A stretch of 64,000 bases of DNA from Minisyncoccota bacterium (lineage in GTDB: Bacteria; Patescibacteriota; Minisyncoccia; Phycocordibacterales; UBA9973): contig JBAZXO010000003.1 of the NCBI GenBank assembly GCA_041659785.1, positions 1,099 through 65,098 on the forward strand, in the 5' to 3' direction. Below the pieces are notes generated by a model. That model saw only the letters and a program-made list of their open reading frames with translations. It was not told the DNA's origin and did no database searches. The translations under genes and the position numbers were made by a program. Below are positions 38,104 through 48,897 of the stretch, piece by piece (position 1 is the stretch's first letter; the number at the start of each line of letters is the position of its first letter).

Positions 38104-38502
38104 TTAATTTTTAATATTTAAAATCTCTTTAATCTTTTCAATAATCTCCTCTAGACTCTTTTCTGTCTTCATAAAATAATAAGATGGCTCTAATTTTGTG
38201 ATGTCTCTGTTGCGCTCCTCATCACCAGCAGTAAGATTTGTTAAAATAATCACAGGCACATTTTTCCCCCAATCATCTTTGCGTAATTCTTTCAACATAC
38301 TCATCCCATCCATTTTAGGCATGAGTAAATCAAGTAAAATCAAATTTGGATGTTCACTCAATGCTAAAGTAAAACCATCAATCCCATTATAAGCCTTCAA
38401 TACTTCAAAACCTTCCGCAAGTAATTTTTCTTCCAAGGTATTAACTAAGATCTTTTCATCCTCAACCACTAAAATTAAAACTTTTTTCTTTGCTGTAATC
38501 AT
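38104..38502 (-). CDS. Single-domain response regulator (CheY-like receiver)
   Basis: ILVVEDE, LLDLLMP.MDG, PVIILTN. Confidence 0.9.
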   Translation of the reverse strand: MITAKKKVLILVVEDEKILVNTLEEKLLAEGFEVLKAYNGIDGFTLALSEHPNLILLDLLMPKMDGMSMLKELRKDDWGKNVPVIILTNLTAGDEERNRDITKLEPSYYFMKTEKSLEEIIEKIKEILNIKN

Positions 38503-38534
38503 AAATTTATTTATATCTATATTATATAATAATA

Positions 38535-41297
38535 TTATCTTTTCGTCTTTTCTTTAATTATCGTTAAATAAAAAGTCGTACCTGATTTGATGTTCGACTC
38601 ACACCAAAGTTTACCACCACTTGATTCTATAATACTTTTTGCTAGATATAACCCGAGCCCGCTACCTTCAGGCTTAATCTTTGGTGAATTATCTCCACGC
38701 ACAAATTTCCCAAATTTTTTAATCTTTTCTAGGGTAGCACTATCAATAAATCCATCATTGTGTATAGAAATTAAATAATCTTTTTCTCTTTCACTAATTT
38801 TTAAATCTATATCCTTAGAATTCTCCTCGGAATAAACAATTGCATTATGTAATAAGTTTGATAAAGCTTCACTTAAAAAAAGCGGGTCACAATAAATATT
38901 TTTTATTTGTGATGGTATTGTAATTTTAATATTTTTTTTCTTTTTTTCAGTTAAATTTTTTAATGCCAAAACTAATTTATTAAATAGTTCATTTACATTA
39001 ATAATACTTTTATTCATTATTAACTTACCTGATTCAATCTTCGTAACGTTTAATAGATAATTAACTAAATTTATAATTCTTTTATTAGAAATTATTAAAT
39101 TATCTATTTTATCTTTTTGTTGAGGGGTAAAGTTTGAAGCATCCTTTAGGGTTTCTAGAATCCACTTGATTGCCGACAATGGGGTACGCAATTGATGAGA
39201 AGCCATAGAAAGAAAATCGTCCTTTGCCTGCTCAAGCTTCTTTAGAGAACTTATGTCTTGTGTATGGGTAACAAAATAAAGTGGCTTACCCAGAGCATCT
39301 CTTACTAAAGCAGTACTTATACTAACCCAAATAATATGTCCGTTTTTGTGTATATATCTCTTATCAAACTGCGCATAATCAATTTCACCCGACATCATTT
39401 TCTTAATAAATTCTGGACCTTTAGCTTTGTCGTCTATAAAAGTAATATCGCTAAAATTTTCATTTAATAATTCTTTTCTAGAATAACCAGTAATCTTACA
39501 CAAAGCATCATTAACCTCTAACCAACGACCACTAGTAGATACCACAGAAACACCAACAGCAGAATAATTAAAAATATTTCTAAAACGTTCTTCACTCTCA
39601 ATCAATTTATCTTCTGTTTTTTTACGTTCAGTAATATCACTTTGAATAGCTAAAAATCCAATAATTTTTTTATTTTCACCAAAGATTGGACTCATCATAC
39701 TTTCTACCATAATTAAACGTCCATTTTTTGCTTTATTCCAATGTTCATCTTTTACCACTTTTCCAGTAAGCAGATCTTTCCAAAGATTAACATATTCCTG
39801 ATGCTTTCTTAGCCCACTTTTTAAAACACGTGGAGTAACCTTTCCGACAATTTCAGCATAAGTATATCCGTAAGTTTTAGTAAACTCTGAATTAATGTAT
39901 GAAATTACACCATCTGTATTAGTTATATACATTACTTCACCAGAAGTTTGTACTGCTTTTTTAAACTTAGATACATCCTCACGAATACCATAAGTATTAA
40001 TACCAAAAGCAAGATCATCCGCTAACTCTTTCAAAATTTTTACTTCTTCAATGTTAAAAGAGTCTATTTTGTTTGAGTATATAGCGATCATCCCAAATGC
40101 TTTTTTGTTATTTATGAGCGGTAATGCAATACTTGATTGATAACCATATTTTAAAGCATTCTTTCTCCACGGAGTCATTGTTTTGTCTTTTGAAATTAAA
40201 CGCGAGATGTGGAATTTCATTGTTTTAATTGCCATTCCACTTGGTCCATTACCGTGTTTATTGTTTGCCCATGTCAATTTTGCTTTTTTAATATAATCAG
40301 ATCCAATCCCTGCATGAGCTACTGGCCGTATGGTCTTCATTTTATCGTGTTCTGCAAAACCAACCCATGCTAAAGAATAACCTCCAACTTCAACAGCAAT
40401 ACGACATGCTTCATTTAATAGTTCTTTGAGATCATTAAAATGAATTAATACTTGATTAATACTACTGACCATTTTTATTGCACGATTAATTCTTAAGATA
40501 TTTTCTTCTGCCTTTTTATTTTCAGATATGTCTCTTCCAATTGCTTGAAGATATGTATTCCCTTGTAAAACAAGCCTATTAAGAGCTATCTCTGCGTCAA
40601 AAAGACTACCGTCTTTTCTCTTGTGTTGCCAATAAAACCTCTGTGGCTGACCATTCAATGCTTTTTTTATATACATCAATGCTTTATCTTTTGAATATTG
40701 ACCATCTGGCTGTTTAATCGGAGAAAATTGTATCGGAGTATGGTTAACCATATCTGCCTTATCATCACAATTAAACATCTCTACGGCCTTAAGATTACAA
40801 TCCACAAAAGTACTTTTATCCATCAACCAAATAGCGTCATTGGCACTTTCAAAAAGACCATGAAATCTCTCTTCGTTGTCTCTTAAAATATTCTCAAATT
40901 TAACTATGTCAGTTATATCTCTAAAGACTCCCTGAAGATAACTTTTATTTTCAACTTTAATTAATTTGGCATTTACAGAAACTGGAATTCTTTTTTTATT
41001 TTTTGTTAAAATCTCTGTGCGTAAAACTCCTCCTTTTTTTATTTGATTCACAAACCCCATCATTGTCTCTTTCACCTTATCCTTTGGATGAAGTTCTAGA
41101 GCCTTCATGGAAAGAATCTTCTCTCTAGAATACCCTGTAAGCTTTTCAGCTTTCTTGTTGCATTCCACTATTTTTTTTGTTTTTGAGTCAGCAATAAAAA
41201 TAGCATCTGCGACATTTTCAAAAAAGAATTTATGTTGTTCTACTCCATGAGAATTTATCAAACTACTTTTTGAATTTTTTACTTTATTTTTAACCAT
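38535..41297 (-). CDS. Cytoplasmic multi-PAS/GAF sensor histidine kinase
   Basis: Four PAS/PAC-like repeats plus GAF; SHQLRTPL H-box; NLLHNAI, GSGLGL, GTTF. Confidence 0.92.
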   Translation of the reverse strand: MVKNKVKNSKSSLINSHGVEQHKFFFENVADAIFIADSKTKKIVECNKKAEKLTGYSREKILSMKALELHPKDKVKETMMGFVNQIKKGGVLRTEILTKNKKRIPVSVNAKLIKVENKSYLQGVFRDITDIVKFENILRDNEERFHGLFESANDAIWLMDKSTFVDCNLKAVEMFNCDDKADMVNHTPIQFSPIKQPDGQYSKDKALMYIKKALNGQPQRFYWQHKRKDGSLFDAEIALNRLVLQGNTYLQAIGRDISENKKAEENILRINRAIKMVSSINQVLIHFNDLKELLNEACRIAVEVGGYSLAWVGFAEHDKMKTIRPVAHAGIGSDYIKKAKLTWANNKHGNGPSGMAIKTMKFHISRLISKDKTMTPWRKNALKYGYQSSIALPLINNKKAFGMIAIYSNKIDSFNIEEVKILKELADDLAFGINTYGIREDVSKFKKAVQTSGEVMYITNTDGVISYINSEFTKTYGYTYAEIVGKVTPRVLKSGLRKHQEYVNLWKDLLTGKVVKDEHWNKAKNGRLIMVESMMSPIFGENKKIIGFLAIQSDITERKKTEDKLIESEERFRNIFNYSAVGVSVVSTSGRWLEVNDALCKITGYSRKELLNENFSDITFIDDKAKGPEFIKKMMSGEIDYAQFDKRYIHKNGHIIWVSISTALVRDALGKPLYFVTHTQDISSLKKLEQAKDDFLSMASHQLRTPLSAIKWILETLKDASNFTPQQKDKIDNLIISNKRIINLVNYLLNVTKIESGKLIMNKSIINVNELFNKLVLALKNLTEKKKKNIKITIPSQIKNIYCDPLFLSEALSNLLHNAIVYSEENSKDIDLKISEREKDYLISIHNDGFIDSATLEKIKKFGKFVRGDNSPKIKPEGSGLGLYLAKSIIESSGGKLWCESNIKSGTTFYLTIIKEKTKR

Positions 41298-41307
41298 AAA
41301 ACAAACT

Positions 41308-43032
41308 TTATTTATTTATTTCACTTATATTATCAACAACGTAACGACGTGATTTTTCTAAATTTTCTTTCATCTTTTTAAGAGTGTATTCTGTTTCTGC
41401 TATTTCACTCTCACTAAATTTACAGTCAGCCGTGTCTTTAAGTAATTTATCTAGATCATTCCTTAAACCATCAAAAATATTCAAAACATCCCTTTCTGCT
41501 ATAGTTACTCTTTTTTCTAATTTTCTACGCCATTTATAATAAGTAAAATAACCTGCACCAAAAGCGCCCAATAAAATAACAATCAAATAAATAAAAAACC
41601 ACGTTTCACTTATTTCTAAACTACCCAGAACAAATACCGGCCTTTGTTTAACAGTAATACTCTCTGAGGTAGCAGGAAAACTTGAAGCCATATTTTTATC
41701 CCGAGCTGTCGCAAGTAAATTATATTCCCCAGGATTTTGAAATTTATTTATAAGAATATCCCAATTACCATTACTATCTACTGATGTGGTCTGCTCAGCG
41801 ACAATTTGCTTTTGACTATTTTGAACTTGAGCGATAATTTCTACTCCAAGAGAAGCTGTTCCTCCAGCATGAATTCCCTCTTCGTTGGCAACCATGCTAC
41901 GACTTACATAAGTAATCACTGGTGAAACAATTGGTAGAATTTCTAAAGTTTCAGTATCTGAAGTAGAATTTCCAGCTTTATCTACAGCTGAAACATTAAG
42001 CTGATGCTTCCCCGGAAGAAGTGGAAAAAATTGATATTTGGTTAAATTGGTACTGGCAACAATAACTCCATCTAAACGAACAATATAATTATCAATACCG
42101 GATGTTAGGTCACTACTAGCAAAATTAATAGTTGGCTTTGGCTCAGCAGTTTTAAAACCTTCATTAGAAATAATTTTAAAAGGATTAGGTGGTGTAGCGT
42201 CTATGGCTAAACGATAATGTAAAGTAGGACTCCAGCCAATATTATTTTCTAAACGTATATGAAGATACCACACTCCATCAGATAAGGCTGAGAAAATCTT
42301 ATTACCTAGTAATGCTTCAGCACTTGCTAGTGGTGTAAAAATAGGATTTTTATTTATAACCACAGCAGCACTTATAGTATCAGAGCTTATATTCCAGCTA
42401 GCCTTAAAACTAGCTGAGTGATTATTCCATTTTGTAGGATCTGGATAAAATGGAACACTGAGACCCATCTGGGCTGGTAACTCTTTTGCTATTGTTGCTG
42501 CTTTTTTTATCCTCTCTACATTCACCGCTTGAAAATCAGCAGTAGAAGGAATATTTATATCTAAACCCTTAGCGGTAGTGTAAACATTGCTTCCAGTTCC
42601 ATCACTCGCAGTTATTGCACCGTCAGTAATCCCCAATCTACCTACCCCACTACCTTTTACCCTAAAAGCTATATGCATCAGTTTAAGGCTTGCTCCAGTA
42701 AAACCACTTGTAGATCCTCCGACGAAATTTATTGAACCTTTAACATTATCAAAAACTGGTTCTTGTAACCAAAAAGAAAAAACAGAATTAGTGCGATCAA
42801 TATTTGTAACTTCTAACAAGTTGGCGGGGAAAAAAATCGTAGCTTGAGCAGTATTAACATCTTGACCCTCACTATTTATTGAAACTAATACTACTACATC
42901 ATCCTTGGGTGAAGTAATATTTTTTTCTAATGACAAGTCTAAGGTCGCAGCATGAGCTAGTATCGGCAAATAAAACAAGAAGCCTACTATAAAAACAATA
43001 AGACAAAATTTAATTTTAAAATAAAGTTTCAT
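41308..43032 (-). CDS. Cohesin-like domain surface protein with Ig-like domains and C-terminal TM anchor
   Basis: Signal peptide; VNTAQATI.FP..LLEV..I....SVFSFW..EP....G.I.F.GG; TM then cytoplasmic coiled coil. Confidence 0.7.
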   Translation of the reverse strand: MKLYFKIKFCLIVFIVGFLFYLPILAHAATLDLSLEKNITSPKDDVVVLVSINSEGQDVNTAQATIFFPANLLEVTNIDRTNSVFSFWLQEPVFDNVKGSINFVGGSTSGFTGASLKLMHIAFRVKGSGVGRLGITDGAITASDGTGSNVYTTAKGLDINIPSTADFQAVNVERIKKAATIAKELPAQMGLSVPFYPDPTKWNNHSASFKASWNISSDTISAAVVINKNPIFTPLASAEALLGNKIFSALSDGVWYLHIRLENNIGWSPTLHYRLAIDATPPNPFKIISNEGFKTAEPKPTINFASSDLTSGIDNYIVRLDGVIVASTNLTKYQFFPLLPGKHQLNVSAVDKAGNSTSDTETLEILPIVSPVITYVSRSMVANEEGIHAGGTASLGVEIIAQVQNSQKQIVAEQTTSVDSNGNWDILINKFQNPGEYNLLATARDKNMASSFPATSESITVKQRPVFVLGSLEISETWFFIYLIVILLGAFGAGYFTYYKWRRKLEKRVTIAERDVLNIFDGLRNDLDKLLKDTADCKFSESEIAETEYTLKKMKENLEKSRRYVVDNISEINK

Positions 43033-43068
43033 TTTTTAAATTTAATAAAATTAATTAATAATAAGTGA

Positions 43069-46000
43069 CTAAAACTGACTATTTAAAGCTCCTATAAAGA
43101 TACTCAAATCCGCAGAATCAACTTTACCATCATTATTCATATCGAGACTTTGACGAAGCTTTGTGTCAGTAGAACTATAACGAGCCATAAAAATACCCCA
43201 ATCTTGAATATCAACCTTAGCATCACCATTCAAATCTGCCTTGGGCACAAAAGTATTAATTATAAGAAATCTTTTCTCTAAAGAATAATCTGATGCATTA
43301 CCTTTAGTATCTACTTGACGAACACGCAATGTATGAGTACCTAAATCAAGATGGAAAGTATTGTATGTAATATTATAATTACCATCATTGTCAGCTGTTA
43401 CCATTTGGCCTGTCTTCACACCATCTATCATTAAACCAATTTTATAACCAGGCATTGCCTGACCTGTTATACCCATAAACGTACCTCGAGTCACAGATGA
43501 CTGGATCAAATCAACAGTAGGAGCCATTAAAATAGTTTTAATTAATTTATCATTAACCCCCAAAGTAAAAACTTTTGTTTGAGCAATATTTTGATTTTTA
43601 TCATAAACGACAAGAGCAAAAGAATTAACACCAGACGGTAGCATACCATTATATTTCACATTAAAATTACCACTTGCTCCGCCCGTAGCACTAGCACTAA
43701 CAGGAACCTTTTCACCTTCCCTAATAGCCATTATCTCTATATCAGCATCTGGGAAAGCTCTACCAGAAAAAGAAACCGTCGGAGTAACCGCCCCTGAAAC
43801 TCCACCTCCCCCACCAAGAGATATAACTGGAGGGATAGCTGAAAAGACAACGTCACTAGTAGCAGAAAAATCAAGAGTTGTTGGTGGTACGACATCACTT
43901 AAACTAAGGTCAACTGTTTCAACCACAGAATCAGTAATATTTTTTGTACCTATGCCGTTTACAATATTTACAAGTCCCGCACCTGTAGCACTGCCTGAAG
44001 TGACTAGATTTATATTTCCATTAAAAGTATCGGCTCTATTGTCCAAATCATCGACTGCTTCAATAGTAACTATTGTTGTTTGTCCGACTTGAACATTAAG
44101 AGGATCTAGGATCTTAAACTTTGTGGCAACTATAGGTGCTGTTGCAACTGTAAAGCTATTAGATATTCCAGTTTCTGTTCCTCCTGTACGAGTTGCCGTA
44201 ATTGTAAACAATCCAACATTTGAAATATTTACTGTTCTAGAAGAAAGTACACCTAGAACAAAAGCTGGAGTTGTGCCACCACCAGACGAAAGTGTTCCAC
44301 TTGATGAGATATCAGCTGTTCCAATGAAACCAGTAGCGATATTCCCGAAGGTGTCTTTCGCAGTGATACTTATATCAAATGATGTACCTACAGTTTTTGT
44401 TGAAATATTTCCACCTCCGCTAGCTTCAACAATAAAACTAGAAACTGATGCGGGATTTATATTAATTAGGGATGTGCCATTCGTAATTATTATTCCAGGA
44501 CCAAATACAGGATTATCAGAGGCATATATATTTAAAGATCCTACGAGGGTTCCAGTAAGATATACATTAGTAGAGTTTGATCCTTCTAAAATAGAAATAG
44601 ATGTAATGGATGCACCACCACTTAAAGAATCATAAAAATTAGCTGTACCGACGGGTGCGTCATTGTATAAATGAATGGTATCAACGCCAGAAGTGACATT
44701 GTTGTCATATTGATCTTTTCGACTAATGGAATATGTAATTCTATCACCAGCTACAGCGCTAGAAGCTCCAGTCATAATAAATTTAGCAGTAGGTCCTGGC
44801 GTGAAAGTGATATTTTTTGTAGAAGAAACATCTAACCCACTTCCCGCCGTGTCTTCTAATGCAAGAGAGACGACTTCTGCTTTTGTATCAACAATATTAA
44901 TTGCGCCGATTCCACTTGTGATGGTAACAATTCCACCCGGAGTAAGACCAGGACCAGTAGGAGATGTGTGCAGTGTTACACTACCATTATAAGAAGTATC
45001 AATATTTCCAGCGCCATCTTGCATTTTTACTTCAATGGAGGCATTTACTCCAACTACCGTTGACACTGGATCACTAATAACAAAACGAGTAGCAGAAATG
45101 GGCGCAGCAGAAACAGATATAGTGTCTGTGATGTCAATAATACCTGTATTACCATCAGCAATCGGTGTACCATCAGAAACAGTAACATTAATATTGTAAT
45201 CACCTGTATCGTTTGAGTATAAATAAAAATTATTAGACGAAGATCCATTTGCAATTACAAGAGATGTGATAACAGCCCCATCAATTGCTGAGTCATAAAA
45301 TGCTGTGGTACTGACAAGTCCAAGATTGTGGTAAAGATAAACAGTTAAGTCGCCACTTGTGACAGCATTATTATGAGCATCAAAACGCGAAACTGTGTAC
45401 ATAGCACGACTTCCTACATGCATACTACCAGGATGATTTAATGTAAAATGATTTGTGAGTCCAGGAATGACTGTAAATGTTTGAGCATTTGATGTGCCGC
45501 CGCCTGGCGTGCCGTTTAAAACAGTTATATCAAAAGTTCCAGCGGTAATTAAATCTGTAGCTGGAATTGTGGCAGTTAATTCTGTCGAACTGACATATGA
45601 AGTAACTCGAGCAGATCCGGCAAAGTTTACAACAGAACTTGAGATGAAATTGGTTCCATTAACGGTCATAGTAAATTCTGCGTCACCAGAAATTTTTGAA
45701 GCTGAAGAAAGAGAAGTAGTGGTCGGAACTGGGTTAACGATAGAAAGTGTTTGAATATTCGATGTGCCACCGCCTGGAGTCGAATTAAAGACAGTAACGT
45801 TTATATTCCCAGTAGAGGATAAATCACTAGTTAAAATTGTTACGGTGAGTTGTGTATTATCAATATATGTAGTGGTCCGAGAAGATCCGTTGAAATTTAC
45901 TACAGAACCAGAGACAAAGTTTGTTCCATTAACTGTTAAAATAAGATTACTATCTCCTACATTTTTCGAAGATGGAGAAAGAAAAGTAATTACTGGAACT

Positions 46001-46815
46001 GGGTTTTCATTGACTGCAAAAGAAGCTACAACAGAAATATTAGCAGTGACATTTACATCAGTACGAATAGCAGTCAAAACTCCATCACTCCAAGAAGTGA
46101 AATGATATCCAAGATCAGGTGAAGCAATAACAGCTGTACCCGAAGCACCATAGTTCACTGTTTGTAGTGTGGTGCCGACAATTACACCATTGGCTCCTGC
46201 AGTATATGAGAGGGTAAAAGTAGGAATTGTATAATTTATCGTTATCCTAATATGATCTACAGAAGCTGTTATAGCATTTCCTTGTGTTGTATTTTTATAT
46301 GCTGATAATGCTAATCCAAAATTAGTATTATTTATATCGGATGGTGTCCATGTTTCTCCCCATAAATCAGAAATACTACCATACGTTGTATATGCATCAG
46401 ATGTTCCCCACCAATTTGCATTTGATTTATCAGTTACACTAATTGTGCCACCTTTTATAATTCTTACTCTGTAATCTTTAATTCGTGATGCGCTGGCAGA
46501 TTTTTTTTCTACTTCCACGGTAATACCATTTATAGTTGCTCCTGATGGAATTGCAAAACCAAAATTTGTTGCTTTCAGATAATGACTTATTTGATTATCA
46601 TTAAGACTAGCTGTCGCATTACTATTATTAGAAGAAATAATGTTACCGGGATTTGACCAAGAAATAGTCCCCACAGAAGAATCATCTGTACCAATTACTG
46701 GATTATTTGGTCCGCTTGTAGTCGCTTCAGCTTTTGAAACAAAACCAAAAATAGAAAAAATGGCAAGTAAAACTAATAAGGCAAAAAATATTTTTTTATT
46801 AAAATATAGAGACAT
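43069..46815 (-). CDS. Large secreted Ig/IPT-TIG repeat protein with C-terminal dockerin-like duplicated EF-hand
   Basis: NPVP...LTVNGTNF...SVVNF.GS.R.T.Y repeats; DLNGDAKVDIQD and DMNNDGKVDSAD. Confidence 0.78.
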   Translation of the reverse strand: MSLYFNKKIFFALLVLLAIFSIFGFVSKAEATTSGPNNPVIGTDDSSVGTISWSNPGNIISSNNSNATASLNDNQISHYLKATNFGFAIPSGATINGITVEVEKKSASASRIKDYRVRIIKGGTISVTDKSNANWWGTSDAYTTYGSISDLWGETWTPSDINNTNFGLALSAYKNTTQGNAITASVDHIRITINYTIPTFTLSYTAGANGVIVGTTLQTVNYGASGTAVIASPDLGYHFTSWSDGVLTAIRTDVNVTANISVVASFAVNENPVPVITFLSPSSKNVGDSNLILTVNGTNFVSGSVVNFNGSSRTTTYIDNTQLTVTILTSDLSSTGNINVTVFNSTPGGGTSNIQTLSIVNPVPTTTSLSSASKISGDAEFTMTVNGTNFISSSVVNFAGSARVTSYVSSTELTATIPATDLITAGTFDITVLNGTPGGGTSNAQTFTVIPGLTNHFTLNHPGSMHVGSRAMYTVSRFDAHNNAVTSGDLTVYLYHNLGLVSTTAFYDSAIDGAVITSLVIANGSSSNNFYLYSNDTGDYNINVTVSDGTPIADGNTGIIDITDTISVSAAPISATRFVISDPVSTVVGVNASIEVKMQDGAGNIDTSYNGSVTLHTSPTGPGLTPGGIVTITSGIGAINIVDTKAEVVSLALEDTAGSGLDVSSTKNITFTPGPTAKFIMTGASSAVAGDRITYSISRKDQYDNNVTSGVDTIHLYNDAPVGTANFYDSLSGGASITSISILEGSNSTNVYLTGTLVGSLNIYASDNPVFGPGIIITNGTSLININPASVSSFIVEASGGGNISTKTVGTSFDISITAKDTFGNIATGFIGTADISSSGTLSSGGGTTPAFVLGVLSSRTVNISNVGLFTITATRTGGTETGISNSFTVATAPIVATKFKILDPLNVQVGQTTIVTIEAVDDLDNRADTFNGNINLVTSGSATGAGLVNIVNGIGTKNITDSVVETVDLSLSDVVPPTTLDFSATSDVVFSAIPPVISLGGGGGVSGAVTPTVSFSGRAFPDADIEIMAIREGEKVPVSASATGGASGNFNVKYNGMLPSGVNSFALVVYDKNQNIAQTKVFTLGVNDKLIKTILMAPTVDLIQSSVTRGTFMGITGQAMPGYKIGLMIDGVKTGQMVTADNDGNYNITYNTFHLDLGTHTLRVRQVDTKGNASDYSLEKRFLIINTFVPKADLNGDAKVDIQDWGIFMARYSSTDTKLRQSLDMNNDGKVDSADLSIFIGALNSQF

Positions 46816-46956
46816 AAAATTTGGGTTTCAATACATAAACCAAAATCTAAAAATGTCATCAATCTCCGGGAGTTTTGTTACTATTTTATTATACCAAAAT
46901 ATATAGAATTACTAGAAAGTTATCCACAGGAAGAGCCCAATAAGAAGATATTTTTA

Positions 46957-47634
46957 TTAATTCGTCTCTTCTCTCACTATTTTCCCATCATCTAGGTGTA
47001 TTATCCTCTGCGCAAATTTACTAAATTCAACTTCATGAGTAACCATTATTATGGTCTGTCCTTCCTCGGCGTGTAATTTTTTAAAAATATCCATAATGAC
47101 ACGCGAAGACTCATTATCTAGATTCGCAGTTGGCTCATCGGCAAAAAGAATCTTGGGTTCATGGGCTATCGCACGAGCGATACTGACCCTCTGTTGTTCT
47201 CCACCAGAGAGTTGTCCAGGTAAATTGTTTAATCTTTTCTCTAAACCAACCAAGGTTAAATGCTCTATCGCTTTTTCATAAGCTATTTTTTCAGGAAAGT
47301 TTTGCATAAGGAGTGGTAGGGCAACATTTTCAAGTGCAGTTAATTCTGGAAGTAATGCATAATCTTGAAATACGTAACCCAATTCCGAAAGACGAAAAGC
47401 AGTTTTTTCTTCTATGGGAAGTGGCGCCATATTTTTTTCATTTATAAAAATCTCTCCACTCGTCGGTTCATCGAGCAAACTCATTTGATAAAGTAAGGTA
47501 CTTTTTCCAGCTCCGGAACGACCCATGATGGCAATGAATTCTCCACTCTTCGCCTTGAAATCTATTCCTTTTAGAACTTCTGTTGTGCTCTCCCCGTCTA
47601 TGAATGATTTTTTTAAATTTTTTATTTCAATCAT
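46957..47634 (-). CDS. ABC transporter ATP-binding protein (LolD/MacB family)
   Basis: GRSGAGKST, LSGGEQQRV, ADEPTANLD. Confidence 0.93.
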   Translation of the reverse strand: MIEIKNLKKSFIDGESTTEVLKGIDFKAKSGEFIAIMGRSGAGKSTLLYQMSLLDEPTSGEIFINEKNMAPLPIEEKTAFRLSELGYVFQDYALLPELTALENVALPLLMQNFPEKIAYEKAIEHLTLVGLEKRLNNLPGQLSGGEQQRVSIARAIAHEPKILFADEPTANLDNESSRVIMDIFKKLHAEEGQTIIMVTHEVEFSKFAQRIIHLDDGKIVREETN

Positions 47635-47639
47635 AAAAA

Positions 47640-48896
47640 TTAATTTCTACCTAAAATAGAATCTAAGGTGTTTTTACGAACGACCAAACGCGCAGGAACA
47701 AAACCAGCAATAATTGTCGTAATCATTAGTAATCCTATTCGTAACATCGTTCCACTAAACGGAGCCACAAGTATCCCATCACTGAAAGTAAAATCAATCG
47801 GATGCACTCTCATAAAAGGCTGCAGAAATCCATAGAGAACAATAACCCCTATCACTGAACCACAAAATGCATAAAAGAAGGATTGAAGAATATATGAAAT
47901 CTCAATTGCTGATTCGTTAATACCAATACCTTTCAAAATACCAATAAATTTTCTTCTAGTTATCGCATTAATAAAGATAACAATAAAAATTGTGATCGAA
48001 GCTACGACAAGTCCTATAGAAGAGAGCATATTCCCAAGCAAAGCAAATGTATCTATCATGTCTTTAATAAATTTAGGCTGAGCATCAGCATAGGTTTGAA
48101 CTTTTGCAATCTTATCTACTCCATTTTGTTTTAAAATATCTCGTACAACCGTTGGATCGGCACCCTTTTTTAACTTAATAGATATTTCAGCCACATTATA
48201 ATCATTGCGACCAATCATACTTCTAAATTGAGAATCAATCATAAAAACTCTCATATTCAGTTCATCGACTTTCGCTTTTATGATTCCTTTTATGGTGACT
48301 TCACGCACTATACCATTTACACTCATACGAATTTTTGTACCTGGTGCAATATTTTCTAGTGTTGAAAATCCTGGAGAATCAATTGGTAAATATTTTTTAT
48401 CTAAAAATGACCCAATTAAAACTTGGTCATAATCCCCTGGAGCTAAATATTCTCCTTCAACTATAAACTTTGAAATATTAGTTACATTGTTCTCTGCGAC
48501 TGGATCGATGCCGACGATGGATGCTGCTGCAGTATTGGCTTTATCTTTTTCATTTGTGCGTGTTTTATAATTTGCCTCTAGAGTCCCCCTATCTAAATAT
48601 CTCGGAGTAAATGCTTCTACCTCTGGTATTGATTTTATGATGTTAATGACTTCAGGACTATTCTCTATGTATGTTTTGTTATTTAATGAAGAAATAATTA
48701 CGTCACTTGTGTAATTCGTACGCACTGCATCAACTGCTCCTTGAATGAGCCCAACTAAAATTCCACTCACCACCACAAGGTTAAGGAACGTAAAAAACAT
48801 CACGAAGATAATGAGTATCGTAGTCCATGGACTAGATCTTCTTATTTGGCGTTTTGCCAAAAAAAATCCAATACGAATATTTAATGAAGAAAACAT
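47640..48896 (-). CDS. ABC transporter permease (FtsX/MacB-like)
   Basis: 1+3 TM topology with large external loop; RRKFIGILKGIG; start taken at MFSSL. Confidence 0.88.
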   Translation of the reverse strand: MFSSLNIRIGFFLAKRQIRRSSPWTTILIIFVMFFTFLNLVVVSGILVGLIQGAVDAVRTNYTSDVIISSLNNKTYIENSPEVINIIKSIPEVEAFTPRYLDRGTLEANYKTRTNEKDKANTAAASIVGIDPVAENNVTNISKFIVEGEYLAPGDYDQVLIGSFLDKKYLPIDSPGFSTLENIAPGTKIRMSVNGIVREVTIKGIIKAKVDELNMRVFMIDSQFRSMIGRNDYNVAEISIKLKKGADPTVVRDILKQNGVDKIAKVQTYADAQPKFIKDMIDTFALLGNMLSSIGLVVASITIFIVIFINAITRRKFIGILKGIGINESAIEISYILQSFFYAFCGSVIGVIVLYGFLQPFMRVHPIDFTFSDGILVAPFSGTMLRIGLLMITTIIAGFVPARLVVRKNTLDSILGRN

Positions 48897-48897
48897 A

